Made by a program: the position numbers and the translations under genes. The notes beneath the pieces are model-generated. The model saw nothing but the letters and a program-made list of their open reading frames with translations, made no database searches and was not told where the DNA came from. Positions 8,861-18,579 of a stretch of 64,000 bases of DNA are shown one piece after another. How positions within the stretch are numbered: the stretch's first letter is position 1; the number at the start of each line of letters is the position of its first letter. The stretch lies in IMG/VR virus record IMGVR_UViG_3300023179_000026, positions 72,879 through 136,878 of that record. One strand, 5' to 3'. This DNA is from a virus.

Positions 8861-9850
8861 TTAAGCTTTTTCGGGTTCTTTGCTGCTAGGATCAATAGCT
8901 GCATGTGTATCTAATGCAGGGTTGACCGTAGTTGGTTTATAGGGAACTTCTTTTACTGAAGAATCTATAATAGTTACTTTACCATTTTGTTCCATAGCAC
9001 CAACAAAAGCAGGTCCGATATGATTAAACAAGTATTCTTGATTTTCCATGCAAAACACATATGAACCACTATGACGTAGCAATACTCGTTTATCAACCCA
9101 AATACGTCCACCTAAGTCACGCCAATTTTCACACATTGTCCAATCTTCACTATAATAACGATTTTGACGAACCGCAGTATCAAAAAATGTAGCTAAATGT
9201 TGGTCATAAACAGGATCTAAACCAATATCATTTTTGTAAGGTTTTACAGCAGGATGCTTTTTAAGTTTTTCAAACACATGACGTTTTGTTAATAGAAAAC
9301 CTGTACCTGCTTTACTTACTTCTTGTAGCCCATCAGCACCTTCTTCCGCACCTTCAAAACCATTAACCACCCATTTAATGGGCATAGTTTTCATAGGGTA
9401 TAAACCACCAATCACGTCTACATTACGATTTAACAATACTAGTAAGTGCCATGGTTCCCAACCAATATCAGCATCAACAAAAAACAAATGTGTAGAATCT
9501 TTTTGATGTAAAAATTTAGCAGTTAATGTGTTACGTGCTCTGCTGATAAGTGATTCATTAACCATGGTTTCTAATGTCCAATCCACCCCAAGCTGACGTG
9601 CGGTATTGGCAAACTTGATAAATGACATAAAGGTAGATTCAGTCAACATACCGCCATAGCATGGCATTGCCACGTGCGCTTTTGTAGTACGCAAGAAATC
9701 TACGTTTACTTGTACTTGTCCTTGTTGTGGGGCTGCGGCTTTTTTAGCCTCTTCTTCGGAAACTGTACCACCAATGCTTGCAGCTTGTGATGCTTTATCA
9801 GCAAGCTCTTGTACAGCTTCTACGGGAATTTTTGCTTGTTCTGTTGTCAT
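8861..9850 (-). CDS. second GT-A fold glycosyltransferase-like protein
   Basis: HVAMPCYGG, LFFVDADIGW (DxD), AGTGFLL.KR, YSEDW.MC..WR.LGG; paralog of 1791..2492; ATG 9850 follows GAGGA SD. Confidence 0.7.
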   Translation of the reverse strand: MTTEQAKIPVEAVQELADKASQAASIGGTVSEEEAKKAAAPQQGQVQVNVDFLRTTKAHVAMPCYGGMLTESTFMSFIKFANTARQLGVDWTLETMVNESLISRARNTLTAKFLHQKDSTHLFFVDADIGWEPWHLLVLLNRNVDVIGGLYPMKTMPIKWVVNGFEGAEEGADGLQEVSKAGTGFLLTKRHVFEKLKKHPAVKPYKNDIGLDPVYDQHLATFFDTAVRQNRYYSEDWTMCENWRDLGGRIWVDKRVLLRHSGSYVFCMENQEYLFNHIGPAFVGAMEQNGKVTIIDSSVKEVPYKPTTVNPALDTHAAIDPSSKEPEKA

Positions 9851-9902
9851 ATTGATCCTCAAAAATATGTAAGGATATTTACACAGAAAAAATGAGGTGA
9901 AA

Positions 9903-10076
9903 TTATTTTTCTTCTAGATAGTCAGTGTTTTGTTTATTTTCTTGAACTAACATTCTTTTGTTTTGACGTAAAGCTTCACGAATTAAATGCATAAGACGTA
10001 ACTTTTGCTCAGGTGTTGCACTGCTCAAAAGTGGTTTAGTTTCATGGATTAATTTTGCTAAAGCTTCTTTTTTCAT
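9903..10076 (-). CDS. small hypothetical protein (57 aa)
   Basis: Not in track; MKKEALAKLIHETKPLL...YLEEK fills the gap, ATG 2 nt after upstream stop. Confidence 0.6.
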   Translation of the reverse strand: MKKEALAKLIHETKPLLSSATPEQKLRLMHLIREALRQNKRMLVQENKQNTDYLEEK

Positions 10077-10077
10077 A

Positions 10078-10416
10078 TTAGTACACTATAGAAATATTTA
10101 TGATTCCGCTTGTAAAAGTGGTTGCTTTGCCTCGCATCCAAATCCAATTACCTGTTATACTTTGTGGAGCAGCATTTGAAAAATCAATGGTGATAAGATC
10201 AACCCAATCTTTTTCCGCACTTGGCAATGGTACTAAAGAACCTTGTATGACAACATTACCTGTTACCGCACCTGTATTAGAATAATTTACAGTAGTAACA
10301 TAGGTAGGACGTAAGAAATAAGATACGCCCTGAACTTTGTCACCTGTCCATGTTCCACTGATGTTAGCCCCGTTTACTGCATTGGCTATGGTTTCAGTTG
10401 TTGATACCAATGCCAT
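10078..10416 (-). CDS. hypothetical beta-rich protein, possibly virion-associated
   Basis: 112-aa T/G/N-rich ORF, TAATG-coupled to upstream ORF. Confidence 0.55.
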   Translation of the reverse strand: MALVSTTETIANAVNGANISGTWTGDKVQGVSYFLRPTYVTTVNYSNTGAVTGNVVIQGSLVPLPSAEKDWVDLITIDFSNAAPQSITGNWIWMRGKATTFTSGIINISIVY

Positions 10417-10583
10417 TATTGTGTTTCCACTTCAACAATAACACTATCACCTAATAGTTCTTGAACAATGTCTTCTAAGTTATTAGTAAAATCACTATTA
10501 GTTAAAGGTGGTGCTGATTTATCACTTTCCTTTACCAATCTACTTAAACGTATAAGTACGACTTCTTCATGAATCTTAGCCAT
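10416..10583 (-). CDS. small hypothetical protein (55 aa)
   Basis: Not in track; MAKIHEEVVLIRLSRLVK...VIVEVETQ; GGAG SD and ATAAATA box at 10601-10607. Confidence 0.65.
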   Translation of the reverse strand: MAKIHEEVVLIRLSRLVKESDKSAPPLTNSDFTNNLEDIVQELLGDSVIVEVETQ

Positions 10584-10603
10584 AAAAGCCTCCTGTTATA
10601 TAT

Positions 10604-11287
10604 TTATGCTGCTACAGGAGGTTTTTGTATTGCATATTCCTTTTTAATATGTTGGTAAAAGTGCATGTAATAAATTGACTGATATGCTTCATTATCATAA
10701 TCAAAAAACAAATTACCATCATTCCATCTTCCTGCTTTACCTCTAGTATCCCAATGTAAGAAAAAATTTAGATTTGCTGATGGGAAAAAAAGATTTTGGT
10801 GTTTGAGAAAAAAGTCACGTAATTCAATTATCTCATCCGAACTGTATACCTTACTTTTAAAATACACCCTAAATTGATGTTTTGGGTTTTTATGATATAT
10901 AACTTCTTTTGGTCTAGAGTATGTATGTAATACTTCTTGAACCGTTGTAGGTTGATTTAAAATCTTAGCAAGTTCTTCTACAATATCATATCTTGTTGAA
11001 TATACAGTAATAGAATTACGATGTGTTAAGATTTTAAAGTTTCCAATATTTTCACCTTTCCACACAAGAACTTTTCTAAGTTCTATTAAATTATTAGCAT
11101 ATTTGATACGGATATTAGAACGTTCTAATTCACGATCAACATGACTGATATCGTACCATCGATGTAATCCAACTTGTTCTAAATTAAATTCAACCTTATA
11201 TTTGTACTTGTCATACCAAAGCCAATTTTGCTTAGTATTTTGAACAAGCGTTGTATAACTAAACCCTGATAATACCATCTGTTCCAA
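10604..11287 (-). CDS. hypothetical protein
   Basis: Aromatic-rich ORF overlapping clpA 3' end; ATG 11278 may be the real start. Confidence 0.55.
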   Translation of the reverse strand: MEQMVLSGFSYTTLVQNTKQNWLWYDKYKYKVEFNLEQVGLHRWYDISHVDRELERSNIRIKYANNLIELRKVLVWKGENIGNFKILTHRNSITVYSTRYDIVEELAKILNQPTTVQEVLHTYSRPKEVIYHKNPKHQFRVYFKSKVYSSDEIIELRDFFLKHQNLFFPSANLNFFLHWDTRGKAGRWNDGNLFFDYDNEAYQSIYYMHFYQHIKKEYAIQKPPVAA

Positions 11288-13535
11288 TTATGTCATACTT
11301 TTCTATTCTATTTTCTACATTAAACTCAATTTCTGAACCATTATAATGTACCTGAATGATTGCATCTTTTACACGTTCAAACAGTATCTTCTTACTAATT
11401 GGTACTCTAATTAATTCATCAATTTTTCTAGCTAATGGTCTAGCACCCATCTTGTCATCATAACCAACCTTAGCAATATGTTCAACTGCTTGCTCACTCA
11501 AATTCAGTGTAATCTTATGCTGATTAAACAATTGTGTTTTAAGCTCATTAACAAACTTGATAACAATTTTCTTAATTGCTAGTGTGTCTAGTTTCTTAAA
11601 TTTGCAAATTAAGTCAATACGATTACGTAACTCAGGCTTGAAGAATTCTTTCATTGCTTTATCATCTTCACCTGTTTTTACATTTGACCCAAAACCAATG
11701 TTATTACGCTCACTATCACGTGCTCCTAAATTACTTGTCATGATAATAATTGTATTTTTAGCATCAACTGTTTTACCATTAGTGCTAGATATTCTTCCTT
11801 CATCTAACAATTGTAAAAATAAGTTATAAACATCAGGGTGTGCTTTTTCAACCTCATCAAACAGTAAGATAGAATATGGGTTTTTACTTAAATCATTGAT
11901 AATCTTTCCACCACCTAAATTACCTTCACCATACCCAACATACCCAGGAGGTGCCCCAATCAACGCAGCTACACTGTGCTTTTCTTGATATTCACTCATA
12001 TCATAACGTAATAGTGGCATGTTAAGATGTTCGCTTAATAGTCTTGCTGTTTCTGTTTTACCACTTCCTGTTGGTCCTAAAAACAAGAAGCTTGCCATAG
12101 GTTTCTTTTCATTAGAAATACCTGCAAAACTAACGTAAATACGTTCTAAAATTTGTTCAATTGTATTGTCTTGTCCATACAATTTTTCTTTAATATTTGC
12201 ATCTAGGTTAATCATTCGTTCTGAAGAATCATTGGTTAGTTTATCAGCAGATACATTACACATTCTAGTAACTTGTTCTTTAATATTATCTTCACCAATA
12301 ATAGCACCAACGTTGTTTAATGTACGTTGTTTAGCACAAGCAGCATCAAGTAAATCAATAGATTTATCAGGATTTTTACGATCATGAATATACCTTGCAC
12401 TCATGGTTACTGACTCTTTAATAGCTTTGTCAGTAATAACTACTTGGTGAAACTTTTGTAAACGATCACTCAAGCCTGTTAAAATCTTGATAGTTGTTTC
12501 CGTAGTAGGTTCATCAATGCTAACACGATAAAAACGGCGCATCAGAGCACGATCTTTTTCAAATGATTCGTAATATTCTTCCCATGTTGTACTAGCAATT
12601 ACTTTTAAGTTACCTTTAGTAATAGCAGGTTTAAGCATGTTAGCAAAATCAACCGTAGTACCACTGCTATTACCACTACCTCGCATGGTATGTGCTTCAT
12701 CAATAAACAGTATAGCCTTTGGTTTGCTAGCAAGTGCTTCCAATACTTGTTTAACTTTTTCTTCAAAATCACCACGATATTTACTACCTGCTAATAGTGA
12801 ACCAATTTCAAGTGAATATACTTGATGATCATATAAAAATAATGGTACTTGCTTGTCTAATATTTTTTGTGCTAATCCTTCAGCTAGGATAGTTTTTCCA
12901 ACACCTGGGTCGCCAACAAGTAGTACATTAGACTTGAATCGTTTAGCTAATACATTAACAATGTCATCAACTTCTTTCTCTCGTCCAATAAGTGGTTCAA
13001 GCTTGTTACGTTCAGCAAGGTCACTAAGATTAGTTGTATATTCTTCTAATACTTCATTAGCTTGTTGTTCAGTCATTTTTCCGTTTTTACCACCACGATG
13101 CGCTTTATTCCAATAAGCAAGGAATTCTGCCCTGCTTACACCCCATTTTAATAAGAAATAGTGAGCATGACTATTGGTTTCTTGTAAAATTGACACGTAA
13201 ATATCAATCAATTCAATTTGTCTGCGTCCTTGAAATAATACTTGTGTTACTGCTCGATTAAAAACACGGTCTAAACTATGTGTTTTTTTAGGTGAAATAG
13301 GTGAACCATCTTCATTAGGTTCAACTTTAATGTTTGTCATAGAATCTAAGTAAGTATCAACTTCTTGAATAAGGTTTTCAGTATCCACACCGAATTCATC
13401 TAAGTGAGTACGAAATGAATCGTAAGTAATTAAACTAAGTAAAGCATGCTCTAAGGTAACATAAGCATGATTTTTACTTTTGGCTATTTCAATAGCATGT
13501 TCGATTAATTTTTCGATTTCAGGGTTATTCTGCAT
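11259..13535 (-). CDS. clpA: ATP-dependent Clp protease ATP-binding subunit ClpA
   Basis: Clp N-domain, two AAA+ modules (GDPGVGKT/IDEAH; GPTGSGKT/FDEVEK), pore loops KYRG and GYVG, NIGFG ClpP-docking loop, no long M-domain; ATG 13535 after AAGGAA. Confidence 0.9.
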   Translation of the reverse strand: MQNNPEIEKLIEHAIEIAKSKNHAYVTLEHALLSLITYDSFRTHLDEFGVDTENLIQEVDTYLDSMTNIKVEPNEDGSPISPKKTHSLDRVFNRAVTQVLFQGRRQIELIDIYVSILQETNSHAHYFLLKWGVSRAEFLAYWNKAHRGGKNGKMTEQQANEVLEEYTTNLSDLAERNKLEPLIGREKEVDDIVNVLAKRFKSNVLLVGDPGVGKTILAEGLAQKILDKQVPLFLYDHQVYSLEIGSLLAGSKYRGDFEEKVKQVLEALASKPKAILFIDEAHTMRGSGNSSGTTVDFANMLKPAITKGNLKVIASTTWEEYYESFEKDRALMRRFYRVSIDEPTTETTIKILTGLSDRLQKFHQVVITDKAIKESVTMSARYIHDRKNPDKSIDLLDAACAKQRTLNNVGAIIGEDNIKEQVTRMCNVSADKLTNDSSERMINLDANIKEKLYGQDNTIEQILERIYVSFAGISNEKKPMASFLFLGPTGSGKTETARLLSEHLNMPLLRYDMSEYQEKHSVAALIGAPPGYVGYGEGNLGGGKIINDLSKNPYSILLFDEVEKAHPDVYNLFLQLLDEGRISSTNGKTVDAKNTIIIMTSNLGARDSERNNIGFGSNVKTGEDDKAMKEFFKPELRNRIDLICKFKKLDTLAIKKIVIKFVNELKTQLFNQHKITLNLSEQAVEHIAKVGYDDKMGARPLARKIDELIRVPISKKILFERVKDAIIQVHYNGSEIEFNVENRIEKYDIIGTDGIIRV

Positions 13536-13968
13536 TATTATTTTCCTTTTTTCTATCATGCATTGTCATACCATCTAAATGGTCTACTTCATGTTGAACT
13601 ACTCTTGCTTCAAGATTCATAAATTCTTCCGTTAAAAAATTACCATATGCGTCTTGGTACGATAGCACAACCTTTTCAGGTCTGTCAAGTTCAACCGATT
13701 CATTAGGATAACTTAAACATCCCTCCAAATATGGCACCTTATTTTCACTATATGACATAATGGTTGGATTAAAAAATACCTTTGGGTTATGGTCAACATC
13801 CATTACAAACATACGGTAGCGTAAACCTACTTGATTAGCAGCAAGTCCAACACCTCCACTAACATGCATAAACTGTAGCATTTCTTTAGCTAGTTGTTCA
13901 TTTTGTAGTGGATATTTAAAATCTATTGGTTTTGTTTTTAAATGTAGTACACGTTTAGTTAACTTCAT
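13525..13968 (-). CDS. def: peptide deformylase
   Basis: [13 protein letters not shown] and HEVDH motifs. Confidence 0.95.
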   Translation of the reverse strand: MKLTKRVLHLKTKPIDFKYPLQNEQLAKEMLQFMHVSGGVGLAANQVGLRYRMFVMDVDHNPKVFFNPTIMSYSENKVPYLEGCLSYPNESVELDRPEKVVLSYQDAYGNFLTEEFMNLEARVVQHEVDHLDGMTMHDRKKENNNAE

Positions 13969-14756
13969 GTCGTATTTAATTTTTGTTCCTGTTCTAAAAC
14001 TCTGATTAAATTGTCACTTATTTGTTCAGGTAAAACAGGTCGAAGTATAACATATTGATCCCCTGTGCCAACATTATTAGATAGACCATGCCCATTCAAT
14101 CTTAATGTAGTATTTGGTTTAGTACGTGGTTGCACATTAATTTCCAATTCTTTACCGTAAATGGTAGGTATAATCATAGTTCTACCTATCACCAAATCAA
14201 ATATACTAATATCTTGATGGTAGTATAAATCTAACATTCTACGTTCAAACAATGGGTGTCTATGTTGTCTAAAATTAACTTGGAGCGGTCCATCAGGCAG
14301 TAAGTTGTCATATCGCACTACTCCACCATCATCTATGCCTTTAGGAATTACAATTTCATATAATTTAGAACCTTGTGGTGTATTCAAATGTATTGGATGT
14401 TTATCACCATGAGCAATTTGCTCTAAGGTAACAAATACGGTGGCAGTATATATTCGCTGTTGTGGGGCACTTTGTTGTCTAAAAAATTGTCCAAAAATAT
14501 CAGGAAACCCTGACCCAAAATGAAAATCAAAACCATTTTGTTGTGGATTAAAACCATTAAATTGTGGTGGTGGGTTATCATATTGAGCACGTTTTTGCGG
14601 GTCACTTAATGTATCATAAGCAGCTTGAATGGTTTGAAAACGTGCAGTATCACCACCACGATCAGGATGGTGTTGACTAGCTAATTTACGATATGCTTTT
14701 TTAATTTCATCAGGTGTGGCATTTTTTGCCACACCCAATGTTTGATAATGGTCCAT
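13965..14756 (-). CDS. dnaJ: DnaJ/CbpA-type co-chaperone (no Zn finger)
   Basis: J-domain with HPD, G/F-rich linker, DnaJ C-terminal domain. Confidence 0.9.
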   Translation of the reverse strand: MDHYQTLGVAKNATPDEIKKAYRKLASQHHPDRGGDTARFQTIQAAYDTLSDPQKRAQYDNPPPQFNGFNPQQNGFDFHFGSGFPDIFGQFFRQQSAPQQRIYTATVFVTLEQIAHGDKHPIHLNTPQGSKLYEIVIPKGIDDGGVVRYDNLLPDGPLQVNFRQHRHPLFERRMLDLYYHQDISIFDLVIGRTMIIPTIYGKELEINVQPRTKPNTTLRLNGHGLSNNVGTGDQYVILRPVLPEQISDNLIRVLEQEQKLNTT

Positions 14757-14761
14757 CAGGA

Positions 14762-14768
14762 TATTTAA
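14762..14768 (-). promoter_or_regulatory. late-type promoter box TTAAATA
   Basis: 5 nt upstream of dnaJ ATG 14756. Confidence 0.5.
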
Positions 14769-14770
14769 TA

Positions 14771-15271
14771 CTAGGCTTTACCTGCGATTTTTTCTTGACT
14801 TCTGCCATATGCAGTTACCCCTAAAACTGCACCCATTGCAATATGGTACAACCCTGCACCTTGTAGCGTAATTGGCATCCATTGACTATTGACTTGACCA
14901 TGGCTTAGTGCTTGCAAAACACTCCATAATATTGGAAATAATACAAAGTCTGCAAAACATGTTACCATATAGATAACACTCATCATGGGTCGCCAACGTT
15001 TGTTGATCCAATCTCCAAACTTATCATCAGGTTTAATTAAAACTTCAGCAGGTCCGCTTTGCATTGCGCCACCTGGGTTTTTGAGAATTTCTGCTTGATT
15101 TGCTTGAGGTGGTGCTCCCCATTGTTGTGCTGCTTTAAGATCATTTGGATCACTCCAACCATCTGTTTTTACACTTCTATCTTTTACTAAACGATCATGT
15201 GCTTCATCATTTAGAGCAAACCCCCTTTCATCATCACTACGTTGCGCTAATGTTAGTGTTGTTATAGGCAT
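14771..15271 (-). CDS. holin-like membrane protein (GTA 3-TM holin type)
   Basis: WRP motif, hydrophobic helices, [14 protein letters not shown]-terminus. Confidence 0.6.
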   Translation of the reverse strand: MPITTLTLAQRSDDERGFALNDEAHDRLVKDRSVKTDGWSDPNDLKAAQQWGAPPQANQAEILKNPGGAMQSGPAEVLIKPDDKFGDWINKRWRPMMSVIYMVTCFADFVLFPILWSVLQALSHGQVNSQWMPITLQGAGLYHIAMGAVLGVTAYGRSQEKIAGKA

Positions 15272-15281
15272 TGTAAATTCC

Positions 15282-15824
15282 TTAGATTATTCCTGCTTGA
15301 CGTTGCATTGCTATAATATCAGGATCTTCTGTTTTTTGTGTGCTTGCACTGATTCCCGCAATTGAACGCCACTCATTTAATTCTTCATCATGCTCTGCTG
15401 CATATTCTTTTGGACTAAGAGCTAGTTGTGATGTAATAAATTCTTCCGATGCATCACCTTTTTCATGGTTAATTTTTACTTTCCATTGATCCATTTTTAG
15501 TCCTGTTAATGTTTCTAAATCAGATATAAGTTCTACAATATGTTTGGGTGCTACCTTATTTCTTTCAATTTCAACAAATACTAAGAATTTTCCTTTAGCA
15601 ACTTCGCCTGGGCTGCGGTCAGAATCTAATACCCAATTATATCCACGTTCAAACCATTCTACTAAATCACTAGCTGCATACTCATCCTTTACTGTAAAAC
15701 TCAATGTAATAACATTTTTGTCTTTACCTACAGAAGATTTGTATACATCAACCCCAACTAATGGTAAAATTAAATTTTCCATGTCGAGGTATCCCAAACT
15801 TTCATTGATTATTTCTTTTTTCAT
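15282..15824 (-). CDS. hypothetical acidic protein
   Basis: 180-aa ORF, ATGA-coupled to upstream ORF; begins MKKEIINE. Confidence 0.6.
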   Translation of the reverse strand: MKKEIINESLGYLDMENLILPLVGVDVYKSSVGKDKNVITLSFTVKDEYAASDLVEWFERGYNWVLDSDRSPGEVAKGKFLVFVEIERNKVAPKHIVELISDLETLTGLKMDQWKVKINHEKGDASEEFITSQLALSPKEYAAEHDEELNEWRSIAGISASTQKTEDPDIIAMQRQAGII

Positions 15825-16423
15825 AGTGCAGGTGGGGCTAAAGGTGGTGGCGCAGGTGCAGCTAATGATGGTGCACCCATAGCATTTGGTTCTTGATTAT
15901 TTGACTTAAGTTCTTTCTTGTCATAGTCTTTTTGATATGCATCATCTAAATCTTCTAAATCAATAGTTTGTTCAGCAATATCAACGCTTCCTTCTCTAAT
16001 ATCATTCATTAAAGATTTTGGCATGGTAATATTGACCAACCATACGTGTTTTTTGGTTTTTTTAGGGTAATGGGTGCCTGGCTTATAGTCCATAGGTTCT
16101 TTAATTTCAATAGGTACTTCAACCGTAGTTCTTTTAAATTTAACTTTGCATCCAAGTGTTAACAAACGTCTTCCACCACGTGGATCAGGCATCATTGAAT
16201 CAGGCCACATAAAAGTACAATCAACCAAGTATTTGCTAATGACAGGCCCATCGACTAATTCACCCATTTTCCAATTTTTAAATGCATAAAGGTCTGCTTC
16301 ATCAAGCACACGTTCAAAATCTAATAATGTAGCCATAGTACCATCACTAATCATGATACCTTTTACATTATTAACAATATCAACCCATTCTAACGAATCT
16401 AAGAATGTATGTTTCTTAGGCAT
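15821..16423 (-). CDS. hypothetical protein with Pro/Ala-rich tail
   Basis: 200-aa ORF downstream of late boxes. Confidence 0.6.
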   Translation of the reverse strand: MPKKHTFLDSLEWVDIVNNVKGIMISDGTMATLLDFERVLDEADLYAFKNWKMGELVDGPVISKYLVDCTFMWPDSMMPDPRGGRRLLTLGCKVKFKRTTVEVPIEIKEPMDYKPGTHYPKKTKKHVWLVNITMPKSLMNDIREGSVDIAEQTIDLEDLDDAYQKDYDKKELKSNNQEPNAMGAPSLAAPAPPPLAPPAL

Positions 16424-16443
16424 AATAGTTTTCCATGATACAG

Positions 16444-16560
16444 TATTTATCCTAGTTTAAATTTACGCTAGGATATAGGAATTTTGGGCACAGTTTATTA
16501 TTTATAATAATAACTCATGAAAAACAAGAGCACATATGGTTACATAAAATATCTTAAATA
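16444..16560. promoter_or_regulatory. divergent late-promoter region
   Basis: Minus ATAAATA 16444-16450, minus TATAAATA 16499-16506, plus TTAAATA 16554-16560; inverted repeats TATCCTAG/CTAGGATA 16448-16475 and TTATTATT/AATAATAA 16495-16513. Confidence 0.55.
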
Positions 16561-16601
16561 GTTTTGAGCATAGGTTGCTCATTACTAAAAGGAGTGTAAC
16601 T

Positions 16602-17372
16602 TTGAGTCGTAGAAAAAATTCGGCTATCCGAAAAGAGCAAGAAAGATATATGAAAAAAACAGGCAAAAATGAACTTCAAACCTTCTACCAAAAATATGAA
16701 AATACAATAGAGTTCAATCCACAGCGTCAACGTAAACCAATCAACTTACTTCCTAAAACTCCAAATCAAGAAACATACATTCATGCATTACTTGATGATG
16801 GTATTGATATTGTTGTTGGAACAGGTCCTGCGGGAACGGGTAAAACTTATCTAGCAACATTAGCAGCTATACAAGCTTTGCGCCATCGTTATTGTGACCG
16901 TATTATTTTGACAAGACCTGCTGTTACTGTAGATGATGAGAAACACGGATTTTTACCAGGCGATCTTAACGCAAAAATGGAACCATGGACTAAGCCTCTT
17001 ATTGATGTTTTCCGTGAATTCTATCACGTAAAAGAAATTGAAAACATGTTAGCTGAACAAATAATTGAAATTTCACCACTTGCTTATATGCGTGGCAGAA
17101 CATTTAAAAATGCTTGGGTCATTCTAGATGAGGCACAAAATGCAACACCTAGTCAATTTAAGATGTTACTAACTCGTATTGGGGACAATAGTAAAATTGT
17201 AATAACAGGTGATATTGAACAATCAGATCGCAAAAAAGTTGATAATGGATTAATTGATTTGCAATATAGGTTGGAAAAGTATCCTATAGGAAACTTAGAA
17301 TTGTGTAAGTTTGGTGTACAGGATGTACAACGACACCCCATCATAGAACATATTTTAAAGCTTTATGAGTAA
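16602..17372 (+). CDS. phoH: PhoH-like ATPase
   Basis: GPAGTGKT, RIILTRP, GFLPG, LAYMRGRTF, LDEAQN, GDIEQ.D, RHP; TTG start 16602 after GGAG. Confidence 0.95.
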   Translation: MSRRKNSAIRKEQERYMKKTGKNELQTFYQKYENTIEFNPQRQRKPINLLPKTPNQETYIHALLDDGIDIVVGTGPAGTGKTYLATLAAIQALRHRYCDRIILTRPAVTVDDEKHGFLPGDLNAKMEPWTKPLIDVFREFYHVKEIENMLAEQIIEISPLAYMRGRTFKNAWVILDEAQNATPSQFKMLLTRIGDNSKIVITGDIEQSDRKKVDNGLIDLQYRLEKYPIGNLELCKFGVQDVQRHPIIEHILKLYE

Positions 17373-17374
17373 AA

Positions 17375-17397
17375 AATAAGGCTCAATGAGCCTTATT
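17375..17397. terminator. bidirectional terminator between convergent genes
   Basis: Perfect stem AATAAGGCTC/GAGCCTTATT with A/T flanks. Confidence 0.75.
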
Positions 17398-17985
17398 AAT
17401 AATAATATCAAAAATGTCTTTCCAATTTTTTACTCTTGGAATGAGTGGGTTATCATACCCCATGTTATGTCCGTGTTCCATCAATAATGGTTTTAGACCA
17501 ACTTTTAATCCTGCTTCACAATTAGCGTACTTATCTTCAATCCAAAAATATCCACTGTTTGCATACTTAATCAGTTCATCATCTTTATCAGCACCTGTGT
17601 CTAGGCAGATGATTTCTTCAAAAACTGTTTGACCAAACAATTTTTCAAGGTTCATTTTTCGTAATTTTTGTGCATTTTTATCTAAACTTAGTGAAGTAAT
17701 TGCATGGAATACGTATCCATGTTCTTCGTGAAGTTTTTTGACATAGTGAATTGCGTCACGTAATGGTGGCAAAAAACCAATAGCAGCAGACTCATTGAAT
17801 ATTTTGATTAGTCTTTTACCATCTTCTTTAGCAATACCATATCGTTTTCCGATGTTATATTCAAATTGTGAACCATCTAGTTTATGGTGACCATGTTCTT
17901 GCATCCAACAGTCAAAAGCATATTCCCAATTACAAAGCACACCATCAACATCTACAAGAATCAAATTATTGTCTCTCAAGATCAT
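17383..17985 (-). CDS. HAD-family phosphatase / 5'-nucleotidase (T4 30.2-like)
   Basis: LVDVDGVLCNW motif I, WIEDK motif IV. Confidence 0.8.
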   Translation of the reverse strand: MILRDNNLILVDVDGVLCNWEYAFDCWMQEHGHHKLDGSQFEYNIGKRYGIAKEDGKRLIKIFNESAAIGFLPPLRDAIHYVKKLHEEHGYVFHAITSLSLDKNAQKLRKMNLEKLFGQTVFEEIICLDTGADKDDELIKYANSGYFWIEDKYANCEAGLKVGLKPLLMEHGHNMGYDNPLIPRVKNWKDIFDIIINKAH

Positions 17986-18001
17986 TCCTCACTAAAAACC
18001 T

Positions 18002-18030
18002 ATTATAACATAAGGAAAAATGGTTGTCAA
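18002..18030 (-). promoter_or_regulatory. sigma70-type early promoter
   Basis: TTGACA (18030-18025), 17-nt spacer, TATAAT (18007-18002), then GAGGA SD and ATG 17985. Confidence 0.85.
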
Positions 18031-18033
18031 ATT

Positions 18034-18291
18034 TTAGGGTTGATTTTCAGCAGCAGCAGATAATTGAGTAATTAATTCAGGATAAATTTTTTTGTAGTAG
18101 GTATTCAAAGCATCAAAATCAGTGTCAACTTTTTTTCCTTCGATAAGACATTTTATCACTTTTTTATCTTTATAGTCAACAATTACGTTGCAAGTGTCTA
18201 AATCTTTGTCACGAACTCGTTTAGAAAAACCAACTTGTTCGTCAATTTGCCCCGCAGGTTTGCGGATATAAGTAATCAACAAATATCTCAT
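18034..18291 (-). CDS. hypothetical protein
   Basis: 85-aa ORF, ATGA-coupled. Confidence 0.6.
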   Translation of the reverse strand: MRYLLITYIRKPAGQIDEQVGFSKRVRDKDLDTCNVIVDYKDKKVIKCLIEGKKVDTDFDALNTYYKKIYPELITQLSAAAENQP

Positions 18292-18557
18292 GCCTTTTTC
18301 TTTCTAGTTGCTTTTTTAGGTTTTTCTTGAGTAATAACTGCCCCCTCATACCCAGGGTGATACGGTGCTTCCTCCACTAATTTAGTACGATGAAATTCTT
18401 CAATTGCTTCATTTACATGTTGACGTAAATGATCCCAATCAATAACAAATTCTACTCGTCCATCACCATGTATGGTTCTTGTAGAATAATGCCCTGAGGT
18501 AATACTTTCAAGTTCTTTTTTAGGTTCAGTTTTTTTGCTTTTTGCTTTGGTTGCCAT
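18288..18557 (-). CDS. hypothetical protein with basic termini
   Basis: ATG 18557 after GGAG; GTAAATA box 18577-18583. Confidence 0.55.
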   Translation of the reverse strand: MATKAKSKKTEPKKELESITSGHYSTRTIHGDGRVEFVIDWDHLRQHVNEAIEEFHRTKLVEEAPYHPGYEGAVITQEKPKKATRKKKA

Positions 18558-18579
18558 AATGTTCTCCAAGTTTGACTAT

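Noticed and set aside
11259-17372. Bacterial chromosome or prophage-host junction suggested by clpA, def, dnaJ and phoH
   Set aside because: The genes carry the same late boxes, motif avoidance and compact overlaps as the virion genes and are interleaved with phage hypotheticals; no integrase or att site seen.
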